Shown here one piece after another: positions 37,752-47,767 of a stretch of 64,000 nucleotides of DNA. Below the pieces are notes generated by a model. That model did no database searches. It was not told the DNA's origin and saw only the letters and a list, made by a program, of their open reading frames with translations. A program made the position numbers and the translations under genes. The number at the start of each line of letters is the position of its first letter. The stretch's first letter is position 1. The stretch lies in assembly GCA_002499195.1 (NCBI GenBank), contig DAKS01000039.1:11720-75719 (forward strand). Reading direction: 5' to 3'. Source of the DNA: Euryarchaeota archaeon UBA443. Its GTDB lineage: Archaea; Thermoplasmatota; Poseidoniia; Poseidoniales; Poseidoniaceae.

Positions 37752-40700
37752 ATGCCTGAGATAACATATCTCGAACATCCGACAGATACGGATGCTTTAA
37801 TGGAGAAATTATGTCCACCAGTTCGCAATTGGTTCAAGGAAAAGTTTCCTGACTTTACCCGTCCACAAAAACTCGCAATTCCAACGATTATGGATGGAGG
37901 CCACCTTCTTCTTTGTTCCCCCACAGGTTCGGGTAAGACACTTACAGCATTTCTTACGATTATCGATCAATTGGTTCGCAAAGCACTGAATGGAAAATTG
38001 GAAAACAGAATTCATTGCGTTTACATTTCTCCAATCAAAGCACTTGCCAACGACATCCAGAAAAACCTCATCGGGCCACTTACAGAGATTTCAGAACGAT
38101 TTTTGCCAGACCGTGCACAGGAGATCAAAGTCGGTTTACGTACAGGAGATACACCTCAATCTGAACGTCAAAAGATGTTGCGAAAACCCCCCCACATCCT
38201 GATCACGACACCTGAGAGCCTTGCGATTGCGATTACATCGCCAAGATTTCAGCCCATCATCAGCGATGTTGAATACATGATTATCGATGAGTTACACTCC
38301 CTAGTGTCATCCAAGCGTGGAGTCCATCTAGCACTTACACTTGCTTACTTGGACACACTCCTTGAACGCCCTGTACAAAGAATTGGAATTTCAGCGACAA
38401 TGGAGCCATTGGAAACAGTTGCGGAATATTTGGTTGCTAGTGATGATCGTGAATCACGCGGGGATGGACAGAAGGTTCATATCGCGAAGGTTTCAGGTTC
38501 AAGAGAACTCGATTTGGACATTTTACTCCCTCATACAAAATTTAGTGATTTGCCTGTATTGAAAATATTAGATGAGAACATTAGCGTTATCGCTGACCTC
38601 ATCTCAGCACATACGACAACACTTGTTTTTGCAAACACGAGAAAGATGACAGAAACGTTGGTTCAGCGGCTCAAACGGCCTGAGTTTGGTCTCGGAGAAC
38701 TTGTTGCTGGCCATCACGGTTCGATGGACAAAAAGATTCGGCTCAATGTTGAGCAGAAATTGAAAAAAGGGCACTTGCGTGCAGTTGTAACCTCTTCTTC
38801 CCTTGAAATGGGTATCGATATCGGTACTGTAGATATGGTGATTCAACTCGGTTCTCCTGGAGATATCGCAACAGCATTGCAAAGAATCGGCCGTGCTGGC
38901 CATCATGTAGGAGGTATTCCTCGTGCACGGTTCTTACCATCGAGTGTTGACGATTTGATTGAACTGGCTGCCCTACAAGCAGCGATTCAATCAGGAGAAA
39001 TGGATCGGCTTGATTTCCCAGAAAATTGTCTTGACGTCGTTGCACAGTTCCTAATCGGTCTGGTAATCATAAACGAAATAGATATCGATGAGGCTTTCGA
39101 AATAGTATCCAGTGCGTGGAATTATCGTAATTTTGAGTATGATGATTTCATTGAAGTCCTGGATATGCTTGAGGAGGAACGCCGTGTTTGGATTGATTGG
39201 GAAGATAATACCTATGGAAAACGTGGTTACTCTCGGATGATCTACTACACAAATATTGGAACTATCGCCCCTGATAATTCATATCTTGTATTCAATGCGG
39301 AAGGATCTATTCTTGGACAACTTTCTGGCTCCTTCGTTTCTAATCTTCGAGGCGGGGACGTCATTTTGCTAGGAGGTTCTACATATCGAGTTACAAACAT
39401 CCAAGGAACAAGGGTCAATGTATCCAGCGTTACAGGATATAGGCCAACCGTTCCATCATGGTCTGGTGAGGCCCGTTCAAGAAGTCGCGAGTTGTCTTCA
39501 TCCCTCCTATCACTCATTCGACATTGTATGATTTCACTTCGACGAGAACAAGACCCGCGTTTGGTTCTTAGAGATGCTTACGGGCTGTCAAATGCAGTCT
39601 CAAATGCGATTGCTAGACACTTGGAGGAACACACCATCGATTCATTCCAAGTTCCTGAACCAAATCGAATTCTTATCGAACAAATCATCGGCACAGGTCA
39701 TCCTGCTTATCTGATTACGACCTGCCGTGGTCGTGCGTTCAACACAGCTCTAGGATACTTTATGGCAGGTATTGCAGAATCATCAGGTATCAGTGTAATT
39801 GAATTATCATTTGATGAAAATGGACTGCTTATTCGAACCGCTCAGGAAGTTGATCCAGCACAACTCTACGAAGCGTTTCGTTCAAACAATCACATCGAAG
39901 TTATCGAACGCTACATCATCAACACACAGATTTTCGCCAAGCGATTTAGAGAGGTTGCAGGTCGTTCAATGATTATTCCAAAGCGCGTTGGAGCAGAAGA
40001 GATAAGCCCGCAACAATTCCAGCAAAAGGCCGAAGCACTTCTAACTAGACATCGTACAATGGAAGGTTCCTTATTGATGAGAGAAGCAAAAAATGAGGTC
40101 TTGTTTGGTGATATTGATGTCTTTGGATTAAATCAATTCTTAGAATCCTGTATCGAAGGTGATGCTCGAATTGTTCACACAAAGGTGACGATTCCATCAC
40201 GCCTTGGAATGAGTCTCTACATGTCCGCATTTGAAGACTTGATGTCGATGAAAACGCGCGCATTCCTTGTCAAGGACATCGATCCTGAAGTCCTTCGTCG
40301 ATTGATGGGAACACGTAGTCTTGCTACGGAAATGACCTCCGAACAACTCGACAAATATTACAGCGATAAAGCCCCTATACCTGATTCTCCAGAATCGCTC
40401 TACGAATTGATGCAGCATGGAGGAGGACTAGATCGAGAGTTCAACAACCCTCTTTATAGAAACAAACTCGATGGAATTGATTTGAATTTGATTAGAACTT
40501 GGGTAGAGACTCTCTGTCAAAGTGGAAAAATCACCAAAGTCAATGGGACCGGTGAACCGGATATCGACGGGAAATGGTTCAATCCATTCATGGCGGAAAT
40601 ACACGGCACTTTGGCTTGTCTTGCCACCAGTGATTCCAGTTCAATTATTGATCTAAGAGATTATGATACCAAGGACATGTCCTTTGAAATCGCTATTGAA

Positions 40701-43043
40701 TTTGATGGTACAACACCAACCAAATGGAAAACTATCCCTGTGGGAGATCCTCATGAAGCTCTTCGTGTTAAGATTCTTGAGCTTCTTGGTTCAGAAGGAC
40801 CAAAAACAACTGAAACACTGCATCAACGTCTACCATTCTCTGAGAAATCTGTTGATCGTATCGTCCACGAATTGGAGACTCGTAACGTTATCAGCGTTGG
40901 TTTCTTTACGCAGACAGATGATGCTGAACTCATCCTCAAGGTCGATGAACACCGTATCACTGGTGGAGAGGAAGAAATCGTTGAGTATCGATGGATTCAA
41001 AATTTGGTCTTGGATAAATCATTCAAGAAATATAATGATGTTTTCGAAGCGTTTAATCAACATGTTCTCGTTCAAAAACAACAAGAATTACTTTACAGAA
41101 TAGAGGATTTCCGATTCAAGGATTGGAAAGATTTGCAACTTGACTCCGACGTTGTCAGTGGCCGATTATTGCATAATCGAATGGGTTATACAACCAAAAA
41201 TAACATTCCAATGCTCCTAGGACTCAAACCTGAACCATGGATTGGTGCGATGGAAGAGGAAGTTCTGTCAAAGCTTCACATAGATGAAAACATAACGCGT
41301 CAAGAATTAGTCCAAGACTTCCCTAAGGGAGAAGAGCACCGACAACTCGAACGTGATGTTAAAAATGCAATTTCCAATCTTGACCGCCAAATGTTGTTTG
41401 TTAAACAATTCGAAGAAGTCATTGGACGAAGGCGAAGGTTGTCCTTGTTCCACAAAGTTCACGGAGTCTACAAACCGATGGATTTCGAAGATGCACTGGA
41501 AGAAGTTGTTCGTCGTATGGGGCCAGTAAAGGCTAGTACATTACGATTCTACGTCTCTAGAAATTATGAAGACCTACTCGTTGCGCTTCACAATCTAGAA
41601 ACTAGTGGACGCATCTCAAAAGTTACTGCTCTCGTACCCGATACAGAGGACTTCTATTGTACACCTGCTGAAGTTGAAATGTTACAAGTTCCTCGGCGAG
41701 AAGATCGCACAATACGAATATTAACACAATCAGATCCTTACGTATCACGATTCATTTGGGAAGTTCGTTCAGCATTGGATAGAGGATGGTACTTACCTGT
41801 CTTCAAGGGCGTCGATCCGGTTGGAAAAGTTCTCATGTTCCGCGTGAATGATTATCTTGAAATCAAGGACATGCATATCCCAACAGCGTATTTCGAAGAA
41901 TTTTGTGATGCATTCCTAGTCTTGCTGGAAAACCATGCGGACCAACTTGTTGATGTCGCTGTATTAACCAATGTCAATGGTGAGACAATTTCAGAACTTA
42001 GTAGCCCAATGCGTGCTGGATTGGAGAGAATTGGATTCAAGCAAGTAGGTGAGCGAATGATTCGTGGTGGAATCGTTGATCCACAACCACGAGAGATTGC
42101 TGAACGAGCATTGTTCTATCAACATCATTTGCATCAGGAAACGCGTCACGAGAATGAGACATTAGCACTTAGAAAGATTAAGGAAATCCGTGATGATTTT
42201 GCCTTGCGAGGTCGTTGTGAGGTATTTCGAACCAACCTAAAGTCCATGGCCAGTGCGAATCGCCTCCACAAGGGAGTCAATATGCGAGGTCATCAGGTAT
42301 GGGCGCCATACGAATATTTCGAGACCTTGCTTACGATTAGAGGAATTCCTCCAGAGGATGATTTGGTTGATATCATTGATTTCTTTAGTACTCAAACCGA
42401 TCCAAACATCTTCAAGGAACGTCATGCTTTGACACAATCTGAATTTAGGAAACTGGTCCAACCATTGATTCGGACTGGACACATTGTCGAAGATTTCCGA
42501 GGTGGATTCCGCGCGGTCCATCCTAGGACCGATGCTGATCCTGTCCACTTAAGGCGCGAGTATTTACGAAGCCTTGTAAGCGATTATCCTGTCATCACCA
42601 TCAAACAGTTATTGCGACTTTCAGGAACTCCTTTCAAGCCAGAAGAGTTGAAAGCGATTCTCAACGAATTCGAAGAAGATGGAACCCTTATCAAAGGATT
42701 CTTGATCGAAAATTTACATCAAGTTTGTTGGGGAAGAAAGGAATTGCTAGAATCGGCGAAATCAATCAATCCAATACGCGACTTCGTGTTGCCGCCAACC
42801 GATCCAATCGCTCCATATTTCGGCGATGTTCTGAAAGAAAAGTTTGGTTTTGGTAGCGCATATCTAGTGTTCAAAAATGCTGAGCCTGTTGCAGCTTTCA
42901 AAGCAAACACGAGAAACAAAACTATCGATGTCACCGACTATGAAGGAAGCGAGAAGGGATGGCGTGTGGTCAAAGAATTCGCTTGGGAGCATCAAGTTCC
43001 TCTCAAGACAGAGTTACGGATCGGTGGAAAAAGGATTGGCTGA
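37752..43043 (+). CDS. lhr: Lhr-like superfamily-2 helicase (DEAD/DEAH) with a very long C-terminal extension (1763 aa).
   Basis: Helicase motifs are present: I CSPTGSGKT, II IIDELHS, III SAT, VI QRIGRAGH. Lhr-type winged-helix/domain-4 regions run to about aa 900. A further about-850 aa follow with no obvious catalytic motif. Confidence 0.85.
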   Translation: MPEITYLEHPTDTDALMEKLCPPVRNWFKEKFPDFTRPQKLAIPTIMDGGHLLLCSPTGSGKTLTAFLTIIDQLVRKALNGKLENRIHCVYISPIKALANDIQKNLIGPLTEISERFLPDRAQEIKVGLRTGDTPQSERQKMLRKPPHILITTPESLAIAITSPRFQPIISDVEYMIIDELHSLVSSKRGVHLALTLAYLDTLLERPVQRIGISATMEPLETVAEYLVASDDRESRGDGQKVHIAKVSGSRELDLDILLPHTKFSDLPVLKILDENISVIADLISAHTTTLVFANTRKMTETLVQRLKRPEFGLGELVAGHHGSMDKKIRLNVEQKLKKGHLRAVVTSSSLEMGIDIGTVDMVIQLGSPGDIATALQRIGRAGHHVGGIPRARFLPSSVDDLIELAALQAAIQSGEMDRLDFPENCLDVVAQFLIGLVIINEIDIDEAFEIVSSAWNYRNFEYDDFIEVLDMLEEERRVWIDWEDNTYGKRGYSRMIYYTNIGTIAPDNSYLVFNAEGSILGQLSGSFVSNLRGGDVILLGGSTYRVTNIQGTRVNVSSVTGYRPTVPSWSGEARSRSRELSSSLLSLIRHCMISLRREQDPRLVLRDAYGLSNAVSNAIARHLEEHTIDSFQVPEPNRILIEQIIGTGHPAYLITTCRGRAFNTALGYFMAGIAESSGISVIELSFDENGLLIRTAQEVDPAQLYEAFRSNNHIEVIERYIINTQIFAKRFREVAGRSMIIPKRVGAEEISPQQFQQKAEALLTRHRTMEGSLLMREAKNEVLFGDIDVFGLNQFLESCIEGDARIVHTKVTIPSRLGMSLYMSAFEDLMSMKTRAFLVKDIDPEVLRRLMGTRSLATEMTSEQLDKYYSDKAPIPDSPESLYELMQHGGGLDREFNNPLYRNKLDGIDLNLIRTWVETLCQSGKITKVNGTGEPDIDGKWFNPFMAEIHGTLACLATSDSSSIIDLRDYDTKDMSFEIAIEFDGTTPTKWKTIPVGDPHEALRVKILELLGSEGPKTTETLHQRLPFSEKSVDRIVHELETRNVISVGFFTQTDDAELILKVDEHRITGGEEEIVEYRWIQNLVLDKSFKKYNDVFEAFNQHVLVQKQQELLYRIEDFRFKDWKDLQLDSDVVSGRLLHNRMGYTTKNNIPMLLGLKPEPWIGAMEEEVLSKLHIDENITRQELVQDFPKGEEHRQLERDVKNAISNLDRQMLFVKQFEEVIGRRRRLSLFHKVHGVYKPMDFEDALEEVVRRMGPVKASTLRFYVSRNYEDLLVALHNLETSGRISKVTALVPDTEDFYCTPAEVEMLQVPRREDRTIRILTQSDPYVSRFIWEVRSALDRGWYLPVFKGVDPVGKVLMFRVNDYLEIKDMHIPTAYFEEFCDAFLVLLENHADQLVDVAVLTNVNGETISELSSPMRAGLERIGFKQVGERMIRGGIVDPQPREIAERALFYQHHLHQETRHENETLALRKIKEIRDDFALRGRCEVFRTNLKSMASANRLHKGVNMRGHQVWAPYEYFETLLTIRGIPPEDDLVDIIDFFSTQTDPNIFKERHALTQSEFRKLVQPLIRTGHIVEDFRGGFRAVHPRTDADPVHLRREYLRSLVSDYPVITIKQLLRLSGTPFKPEELKAILNEFEEDGTLIKGFLIENLHQVCWGRKELLESAKSINPIRDFVLPPTDPIAPYFGDVLKEKFGFGSAYLVFKNAEPVAAFKANTRNKTIDVTDYEGSEKGWRVVKEFAWEHQVPLKTELRIGGKRIG

Positions 43044-43065
43044 ATGTCAAATCAATTTGCCATGT

Positions 43066-43082
43066 TCTTGATATTAAAGCGC
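43066..43082 (+). promoter_or_regulatory. TATA-like element inside the Lhr/surface-protein junction.
   Basis: ttgatattaaagcg lies 26 nt upstream of the candidate start 43098 and about 90 nt upstream of the signal-peptide Met at 43164. Confidence 0.25.
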
Positions 43083-43097
43083 TCACGTATCGTATAC

Positions 43098-46000
43098 ATG
43101 AGTAAAAATTCGGAAGTGATGTGTAGGCAATGGAGTTATGAACGTCCAAGCCTTGACAGGGACATGCCCAAAGGCTCACCCCTCGTCGCATCCACACTTA
43201 TTTTGATGATGTTAGCATCAACATGTTTGGTGGCTACTGCCCAAGCAGAGGAAAATATACTCGATGAAATTGAGATTATGCACACTGCAATCAATCCAGC
43301 CAATAACAAGACCTACCATCTTCTCTCCGAATCTTCTTGGGAGGATGCTGCCTTCAAAGCACGTTCACTTGATGGATACTTGACCACCATCGATGATGCT
43401 GAAGAAAACACATGGGTGTTCGACACGTTTGCTAGTTTCAATGAACAAAGCCGTCACCTGTGGATCGGTTTGAACGACGTCCAAGATGAAGGCATGTATC
43501 GATGGCATGACGGAACCCCCTTCTTGTATCGAAATTGGGGGACGGACCAACCAACAGGTGGAGATGATTCAGATTATGTCCACATCGCATCAACCAACAT
43601 GGGCAACATCATGCCACAAACATGGAATGATCTTGAAAACAATCCAGAATACTTCCCTGTTTACGGTGTTGTAGAGGTTGGACCTGGTGCAGATTTTTCA
43701 CTTCGTTTCAATGGAATTGAAGATCACATTGTTATCAAACACGATGAAGGCCTCATGACAAATGGTTCGTTAAGCATCGAAGCAACCATCAAATCCACCG
43801 ATTTAACTGGCATTCGTTTCATTACCATGAAAGGTGATTACGGCTGGGGTATGTATCTCTCCGATGGATACATTGGATATGCTTCAGAATACAGTTTGTC
43901 CAAACACCCTCTTTCCACCACTAGCATTACTGAAGATACGTGGCATACCATCGGTATCGAAATCGTCGAAGGAGTAGGTGGACAATTCATAGTCGACGGT
44001 AATCATGCTGGAAATATTTCTGCAGAAGATGCAAACATTCCAGAAGGTGATTTTGGTTCGAACGATTGTTTCACTTCCGGAGATTCATGCGATGAACTCT
44101 ACATCGCTCGAATGGGTGCTGGTTGTGATTGCTATCACTTTGAAGGGATTATTGATGAAGTTAGCATCTCCTTCGCAGAAGATAACGTGTGGACTCCTGT
44201 AAGCGATTGGACCTTCTGGGAAGGAGAGGGAGGCGACACTGGAGATGCGCTCAATGATGAAACAATGCAGCGTGTTGGTACCATTCATGGAGCGGATTGG
44301 GTCATGCCTGATGGATCCATTGTTGCACAAGCTGTTGAATTATCAAACCATGAATACATTATCATCGAGAATGCTCAACAGGGAGATACACTACTGTTCT
44401 ATGCGGAACTTGAAGAATACACATTCATGATCGATATCTACATGTGGGGATGGTCAGAAGAGTACTACGATGACTGGGATTATGAATTCGAGGATAGCCT
44501 CTATTTCGATGCCTATGTTGGCTATGATAAAATTCCTGCTCCATGGGATTATGATGAGCAATTGGAAGGATATTATGGGTCTATTTGGAACTCTTGGACA
44601 TGGCCTGATGCTGAAGTGATATGGTTCTCAGTTGTTGTGAACCAAGACATCGAAGAATTCGAAATTGAAGCATCTTGGGAAGTTGCAGAAGCTCCACCGA
44701 GCCTCGATGAAATGACCGAATTGTACAATGGCATCCCAATTCCTTCGCAATCCCTAGAAGGTGATCGTGACAATTACGATGCTGAATTATCCTATTACTA
44801 CGTCAATGTAACCGATTCCCTTACCGAGCTTAAGGTAGAAACGTACGGTGGAAAAGGAAACGTGGACCTGATAATGTCTTCTGGCGGACCTATCGATCCA
44901 AATTATTACTACTACTATCCAGAACCGTTTGAGGATTTTATCGAGGTACCTAATGGCCAAAGCAGTGTCATTTGGTCGTCAAATAATGGAAACGATGAGG
45001 AAGTCAACATGTTCGATGTTGAACCAGGAATCTACTACATAACCGCATTCACATATCGAAAGTCAAACGATTTCACCATCGTTGCAGATTTCACTTATGC
45101 GCCAGCAAATGCTGATCCTTCAACTGCAATCGAGTTGCAAGATGGTATTGCCTATGGACCGATGAGTGGATACGATGGACTTGACCAATATTTCTTCATC
45201 GATGTTCCAAGTGGAACAGAACGCTTGGAAGTTGATCTCGATGGTGGATTTGGCCAAGCAACCCTCCATATGCGCTACGAAAATACACCAACTGCGAGTG
45301 AATCCGACCATCACTCCGGAGCGCCAGGTGCTGGTGATAAAATCGGTTTCAACAATCCAACTCCTGGCACGTGGCATATTCTTCTCGACTCGGAAAGTGT
45401 ATTCAGTGGAGTCTCGATTACTGCTTCCTTTGAGGATCTCTACGTTTGGGAATACGATGGTACGCCAATCGAGTTGTTCAACGATGAGGCTGTCGATGGC
45501 CTAAGTGCTCCTGCTGGAGAAGAACTGTATTTCTACGTTGATTTGCAAACCCGATCAGAGGAACTTATCATCAACACGTACGGAGGCGAAGGTTCGCTTT
45601 ACATCGCTGCTGATGGCGAAGTTGATTATGGTGATTTCTTTGATTTCGATGAATTTGGAGACTTTGATTTCCTTGATGAGGATATCTTCGGTGAACAATT
45701 CACATCTTACGGAGAAGGAACACAGCATGAACTCTACGTTTACTCTCCGGCTGCTGGCCGATTTGATATAACCCTCATCGCTGAAGACGACTTTTCCGAT
45801 GTCTCCATCGTCGCCTATTGGAAAGAAGACCTACGACCTGTTCCTGGACCAGACCCCCCACTTGTCGTAGATCCTGAAGAGATCTATGCCTGCGATTCTA
45901 ATCTCGAGGAGTTCTTCAAGGACTCTGACATCAATGGAGATGGAATGCTGAATGGTGATGAATTCCGTCGTTCAGACCCTTCCGATGATATTGTATTCAA

Positions 46001-46784
46001 TGATATTGATACCACGGGCGATGGATTCATTGAGTATACTGAAGTTGTTGCTTATGCTTGCACCTGCGAGAATGAACTCATGATGTTGAGTGAACAACTT
46101 CCATACAAGACATCGGTCGAATTCTTCGAATCCTTAGTACTGAAGAATGATTATGATTTGGAAGTCTTGGACATGAATGAAGACGATTACGTCACATATG
46201 ATGAACTTCAAAAGGGATTCGAAACATGCACAACCACCTTCAATCCTTTCGACAGTGATGGTGATGGAGTACCAGACATCGATGACCAGTTCCCGGACGA
46301 CCCAGATGAATCAAAGGATGCTGATGGTGATGGAATTGGTGATAATGCCGACTTCGCACCCAGTGTTGCAAACGATATCGTCTACGGGGCAGGAGGCGCA
46401 TTGCTCATCGTTCTCATCGGTTTATTAGTTCTCTTCGTCCGTGGAGGCGGCGGCTCCAACCAAAGAATGGATGAAGAATGGAATAAGACCGATGCTTTTT
46501 CAGAACAGATGTTGGGCATGAACAACCAATCAACGACTCAGAAAGAATTACCTGGAGCGCCACAATTGGAACCAATTGATGACGCAACTCCTTCATATCA
46601 AGAATCTGAAGTTCCAATCTATGATTTCGGACAAGCCAACTTAGAAGCATCATCTTTTGAACAACCGGCAGCCAGTTTGATGGGAATGATGGATGCAAAT
46701 GGACGAGAACACATCGAATACCCTACAAATAGCGGAAGATTGTGGTATCGAGATGAACCAGATTCGGATTGGATCAAGAACTAG
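43098..46784 (+). CDS. Large mosaic surface protein with a signal peptide, C-type-lectin-like domain, LamG/ConA-like domain, three PPC domains, an EF-hand pair, TSP3-like repeats, one TM and a cytoplasmic tail.
   Basis: The ORF opens at 43044; candidate starts are 43098 (TATA-like element about 26 nt upstream) and 43164 (MPKGSP plus a classic signal peptide LVASTLILMMLASTCLVATAQA). Domain evidence: CTLD-like WIGLNDVQDEGMYRWHDGTPFLYRNWGTDQPTGG...WND; PPC-like DNYDAELSYYYVNV...GNVDLIM repeated three times; EF-hands DSDINGDGMLNGDEF and DIDTTGDGFIEYTEV; TSP3 DSDGDGVPDIDDQFPDDPDESKDADGDGIGDNAD; TM IVYGAGGALLIVLIGLLVLFV. Confidence 0.75.
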   Translation: MSKNSEVMCRQWSYERPSLDRDMPKGSPLVASTLILMMLASTCLVATAQAEENILDEIEIMHTAINPANNKTYHLLSESSWEDAAFKARSLDGYLTTIDDAEENTWVFDTFASFNEQSRHLWIGLNDVQDEGMYRWHDGTPFLYRNWGTDQPTGGDDSDYVHIASTNMGNIMPQTWNDLENNPEYFPVYGVVEVGPGADFSLRFNGIEDHIVIKHDEGLMTNGSLSIEATIKSTDLTGIRFITMKGDYGWGMYLSDGYIGYASEYSLSKHPLSTTSITEDTWHTIGIEIVEGVGGQFIVDGNHAGNISAEDANIPEGDFGSNDCFTSGDSCDELYIARMGAGCDCYHFEGIIDEVSISFAEDNVWTPVSDWTFWEGEGGDTGDALNDETMQRVGTIHGADWVMPDGSIVAQAVELSNHEYIIIENAQQGDTLLFYAELEEYTFMIDIYMWGWSEEYYDDWDYEFEDSLYFDAYVGYDKIPAPWDYDEQLEGYYGSIWNSWTWPDAEVIWFSVVVNQDIEEFEIEASWEVAEAPPSLDEMTELYNGIPIPSQSLEGDRDNYDAELSYYYVNVTDSLTELKVETYGGKGNVDLIMSSGGPIDPNYYYYYPEPFEDFIEVPNGQSSVIWSSNNGNDEEVNMFDVEPGIYYITAFTYRKSNDFTIVADFTYAPANADPSTAIELQDGIAYGPMSGYDGLDQYFFIDVPSGTERLEVDLDGGFGQATLHMRYENTPTASESDHHSGAPGAGDKIGFNNPTPGTWHILLDSESVFSGVSITASFEDLYVWEYDGTPIELFNDEAVDGLSAPAGEELYFYVDLQTRSEELIINTYGGEGSLYIAADGEVDYGDFFDFDEFGDFDFLDEDIFGEQFTSYGEGTQHELYVYSPAAGRFDITLIAEDDFSDVSIVAYWKEDLRPVPGPDPPLVVDPEEIYACDSNLEEFFKDSDINGDGMLNGDEFRRSDPSDDIVFNDIDTTGDGFIEYTEVVAYACTCENELMMLSEQLPYKTSVEFFESLVLKNDYDLEVLDMNEDDYVTYDELQKGFETCTTTFNPFDSDGDGVPDIDDQFPDDPDESKDADGDGIGDNADFAPSVANDIVYGAGGALLIVLIGLLVLFVRGGGGSNQRMDEEWNKTDAFSEQMLGMNNQSTTQKELPGAPQLEPIDDATPSYQESEVPIYDFGQANLEASSFEQPAASLMGMMDANGREHIEYPTNSGRLWYRDEPDSDWIKN

Positions 46785-47724
46785 GCTTGGTCTTTTTCTT
46801 TCTCAATCCAGCTGCTTCGAGCAACCTAAGGATGTGGCGATGCAGTTCAGGAAGCAATTCGAACATGGCGATAGCCATCACGAACATTGCAAAGAGTGAA
46901 ACAACTCTAGATGCATAGGAATGTCCGAATTCAAACATACTCAATCCTAAATATTCCCATCCCTCATATGAGAGATGCATCCAAATCAATCCTGCATTGC
47001 GGAACAGATTGAGAATGTGAATAATGGGGATGGTGAAGAGCAAGGCTCGAATTCTACGCTTTCTATCAACATCTAGCACTGAAATTGCACCAATAAATAC
47101 AATCATTGATTGAAGTGCAGTACAAGCAAGAACAAAATTGATGCCGATTGCACCTCCATCTGCCATGATCAATTCTGTTTGAAATGGATGTTCTCCGAAA
47201 CCGTCGGTCATGAACCACTTATTCCCATCCCATTCGGACCAAGAAACCTGGCCAGCATCAGTGTTGACCATAGTTTCACCAAGTTTTATGTCGATAGTTC
47301 CCGTAAACGAAAGGAACATTGCTACCTGTGAAGCAACAAACCAAATCGCAAGTACCGACAACCACGGTATATGCGCAACAAGTAGGTAGGGCCCACCAGC
47401 ATATGCAACGCACCCACGGGCCCAATTCAATGCAGCACGGTCACGGGATGTCAGTGAACGTGCTTCTGCAATCACCAAAGCCACGGCGATTGGAAGAGCG
47501 AGTGCAGTCATTATTGTAAGAACAATATCTCCAAGTTCGAAGTAATACATTGAATCATTGAAAAAATAAATTCCAACGAGAACCCAGCCTGTTTGAGCAA
47601 GTCTGGAAACTCCCTCATTGTGGCGTTTATGCCACGAAATTGCTAACATAACCATACCAATAGCGCCTGCAATGGTGGCAACTTCCTTGGCAAGGAACAT
47701 GACATTCCCAGAACTCAACCTCAT
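46774..47724 (-). CDS. Putative archaeosortase/exosortase-family polytopic membrane protein.
   Basis: 316 aa with about 8 TM helices. A Cys sits in a TM (VLACTALQS, Cys201) and an Arg lies 41 residues later in the next TM (LNLFRNAGLIW, Arg242); that spacing matches the ArtA Cys173/Arg214 pair. A further Arg lies in the following TM. This is a recollection-based family call only. Confidence 0.4.
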   Translation of the reverse strand: MRLSSGNVMFLAKEVATIAGAIGMVMLAISWHKRHNEGVSRLAQTGWVLVGIYFFNDSMYYFELGDIVLTIMTALALPIAVALVIAEARSLTSRDRAALNWARGCVAYAGGPYLLVAHIPWLSVLAIWFVASQVAMFLSFTGTIDIKLGETMVNTDAGQVSWSEWDGNKWFMTDGFGEHPFQTELIMADGGAIGINFVLACTALQSMIVFIGAISVLDVDRKRRIRALLFTIPIIHILNLFRNAGLIWMHLSYEGWEYLGLSMFEFGHSYASRVVSLFAMFVMAIAMFELLPELHRHILRLLEAAGLRKKKTKPSS

Positions 47725-47767
47725 AGAAACGTTTGCCCATTAAGTCCAACAACCCGTTCAATGTCCA

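Noticed and set aside
46380-46784. A PGF-CTERM/archaeosortase sorting signal at the C-terminus of the giant adhesin, and likewise of the 11274..13520 protein.
   Set aside because: In both, the TM helix is followed by about 100-aa cytoplasmic tails, not a short basic stub. They are therefore type-I membrane proteins, not sortase substrates.
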